Shown piece by piece: positions 61,851 through 64,000 of a stretch of DNA of 64,000 nt; the first letter of the stretch is position 1, and each line of letters opens with the position of its first letter. Position numbers and translations under genes: made by a program. The notes below the pieces were generated by a model. That model was not told the origin of the DNA, searched no databases, and was given only the letters and a program-made list of their open reading frames with translations. Source of the DNA: Amoebophrya sp. A120 (taxonomy: Eukaryota > Protista > Dinoflagellata); the NCBI GenBank assembly GCA_905178155.1, contig CAJINV010000021.1, positions 974,449-1,038,448 on the forward strand, in the 5' to 3' direction.

Positions 61851-64000
61851 TTAGATGCCCAAGGGCTTGGCACCCGCGACCTCCTCGTCGATGTTCTTGC
61901 CCTCCTCCAAGGCCTGCTCCCACTTGTATGAAATGCAAAAATGTCTGGGTCAGGAAGAGTCGGGGCTTGTCATGCACATTTTGCATGACCCATCAAGTAT
62001 GTGATGCTGATGCTAGCATCACAGATTTTTTGAGAGCTTCTTGATGCTTATTACGCATGACAAATCTTATTAATAGTATTACGCCCTCTCCGCGTGCCAA
62101 GAACTGACTCCTCTTGCTGCTCATGCAACACAGATGTTTTTAGATTCCGCAGACAGCATTACAAGCCCAACTCTTCTAGACCCAAACACTTTTGCAATCC
62201 GTAGCTTGATGATCTGAGCGATGCCCTCGATGAACAGGTTGCACAGCTGCACCTCATATCAAATGTAAAAATGTCTGGGTCTGGAAACTTGTGATGCTGG
62301 GCGGCGTCTCATGATGAGGCTACAAATGCTGGCTCAGCATGACAAATTTCTGAGCTCCTAGGTGTTGCCTATTCTGCATGACAAACTGCGTTTTGCATGA
62401 CAGGAAATTGGGGCTCTTGGGTAACCTGCATGACAGATTTAAGAGTCATGCCAGAGAAGCATGACAAATCGCGCATTCTTCCAGACCCAGGCATTTTTAC
62501 ACTTGATACCTCAGACATGCCCAACCGATCGGCGTTGGAGATGTCCCAGGTTCCGCCTGTGGTGGATGTTTCAAGGAAAATTGACAAGCGCGCATTTTGA
62601 TTTTGGAGAAGGAGGAGGAGCTTCGCGTGTGAAGTGATACAGGTGTATAATTGTGGTACACTAACATCCAGGGACATGACATGCAATCAAAGAAGCTTTT
62701 CTTTCCTCTTGGGTTACCAGATCGCGCAACCGATCGGTATAAAAATCTTCAGCACCATGTAGTGCACAGTTTTCGAATCGCCTGAATCTAAATTGTAAAG
62801 TTCTATACCAGTGGAGGCGGAGTCGACGCCAGCGGTACCGCGGGCCTGCAGCTTCATCTTCTTCAGGATGTCCTTGAAGTCCGGGCGGGCGGAGAACAGG
62901 GGGACCTTGACCATGGCGCCCGCGCGCAGACCCGTACCCAGGTTGGAGGGGCAGGTGAGGATGAAGCCCAGGTGGTCGTTGTGCATGAAGTCGTACCCCT
63001 CGGACTTCAAGCAGTCCTGCACGGCCTTGGTGGCGTTGGCGAACCGCGTGAAGATGGCGGTGATGTTGTCACCCTTCTCCATGGAGTATGGACTGCAAAC
63101 ATGTCATCTCAGTCTGTAAGACGACTGCAGCTTGTGATGCTACACTTGTGGAATCTGCTCAACTCCGTAATGCCTCAGCAGTTCGCTTTTTTGCAACAGT
63201 AGCAACAACAGTTTGCAAGAGTATGGCATTTGCGATGCGGGAAGACAGGCATCAAGAAGCACATCTGCTTTCCTCCAGATGGATCCAGACACATTTGCAG
63301 TGGATATGGACACGATGCGCAGCTGGTCCTCCTCGTTGACCCAGTATCAAAAGGAAAAATCCCCCCTCCCCATATCGAAACGAAATTTCTGATGCTGGAT
63401 TTGCGTACACAAATCAGGTCTGTCTTGCTGGAGAGGACTGCAGGCATATACCAAGCCTGGGTCGAGAGGTTTTGACGTAGGGGACTAGCATGACAGACGT
63501 CGGCCCTGTAAGCCCAACAGCATCACAAACCGCCTGCATAATGCGGCGGACTCTCTGGCTTTGCCTTCTTGCAAGACAGACAGGATTTGTGACCTCAAGT
63601 CTGCATCACAATTTTTCAGACGAATGCGTTTTCAATATGGGGAGGGGGGATTTTTCCTCACAATACCCAGACGAAGAAGTTCTCGGCGTCGTTGTGGTAG
63701 ATACCGCGGGCGTCGGGCCAGTGGCGACCGCAGCCGGAGGACAGCAACAGGGTGGAGTCCGGCTCCTGGAACAAGTTGCCGTTCTTGCGCAAGGCCTCCT
63801 CCTTCTCCTTGGTCATACCCTTCAACTCGGGCTCCATGGACTTGGACCCGTTCAACGGGAAGTACTGACCCTTCAACTCGCCCTCCATCTTCATCAGCCC
63901 CTTCACGCAGACACGCTCGGTCTCGCGGCGCTGCTCGAACGAGCACGCCGGGGGCAGCGGCAAGCCGCGCACGGAACGACCGGTGCGGCACCGGGTGGTC
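61851..64000 (-). CDS. Phosphagen kinase, creatine-kinase-like (5' end outside the window); 4 introner introns plus 1 GT-AG intron
   Basis: RTGRSVRG, WPDARGI, VWVNEEDQLRIVSM, LTCPSNLGTGLRA, RGTAGVD, DISNADRLG.SEV; stop at 61853-61851. Confidence 0.95.
61927..62203. mobile_element. Introner family A, 277 bp
   Basis: TSD acttg/gcttg. Confidence 0.9.
62257..62508. mobile_element. Introner family A, 252 bp
   Basis: TSD cctca; can splice GT-AG. Confidence 0.93.
63087..63306. mobile_element. Divergent family A-like introner, 220 bp
   Basis: TSD tggag/tggac; removal gives RIVS|MEKG. Confidence 0.85.
63345..63665. mobile_element. Introner family H-like (poly-C TIR), 321 bp
   Basis: TSD cccag; TIR aggaaaaatcccccctccccatat. 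Confidence 0.92.

Noticed and set aside
9922-62686. Recurring small ORFs containing MSGSG / NVWVWK / FQTQTYL / SRPRHIC peptides
   Set aside because: They are translations of family A TIRs in different frames, not a protein family.
8946-63665. Dispersed repeats interpreted as a CRISPR array or bacterial REP/IS elements
   Set aside because: There is no regular repeat-spacer periodicity and no cas or transposase gene; the context is eukaryotic and the repeats are paired TIRs with TSDs.

Overview
Eukaryotic nuclear DNA, most likely a syndinian dinoflagellate such as Amoebophrya. This is an inference from co-oriented genes, low-complexity expanded proteins and TE-like non-canonical introns. Almost all genes lie on the minus strand. 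Recognisable products are a histidine acid phosphatase, an outer-arm dynein intermediate chain (DNAI1/IC78-like), a TANGO2/NRDE protein, an enkurin-domain protein and a creatine-kinase-like phosphagen kinase. There are also two giant (~2,700 and ~3,000 aa) low-complexity proteins. The dominant feature is about 42 short (mostly 130-320 bp) MITE-like introner elements from roughly 9 families. They have TAT...ATA ends, terminal inverted repeats and 5-bp target-site duplications (TSDs). Removing each element plus one TSD copy restores the reading frame, yet by my tally only 3 of 37 scorable junctions can be GT-AG. All families share an internal TGT(C/A/G)ATGC motif, and several families occur in both orientations within genes. 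Some elements are nested, and three larger segments are flanked by 30-45 bp direct repeats. The most novel-looking item is a 124-aa gene (16880-16265, minus) with an in-frame TGA at codon 33 and a SECIS-like hairpin 258 nt after the stop, making it a candidate unannotated selenoprotein. No transposase, rRNA, tRNA or CRISPR array was recognised.
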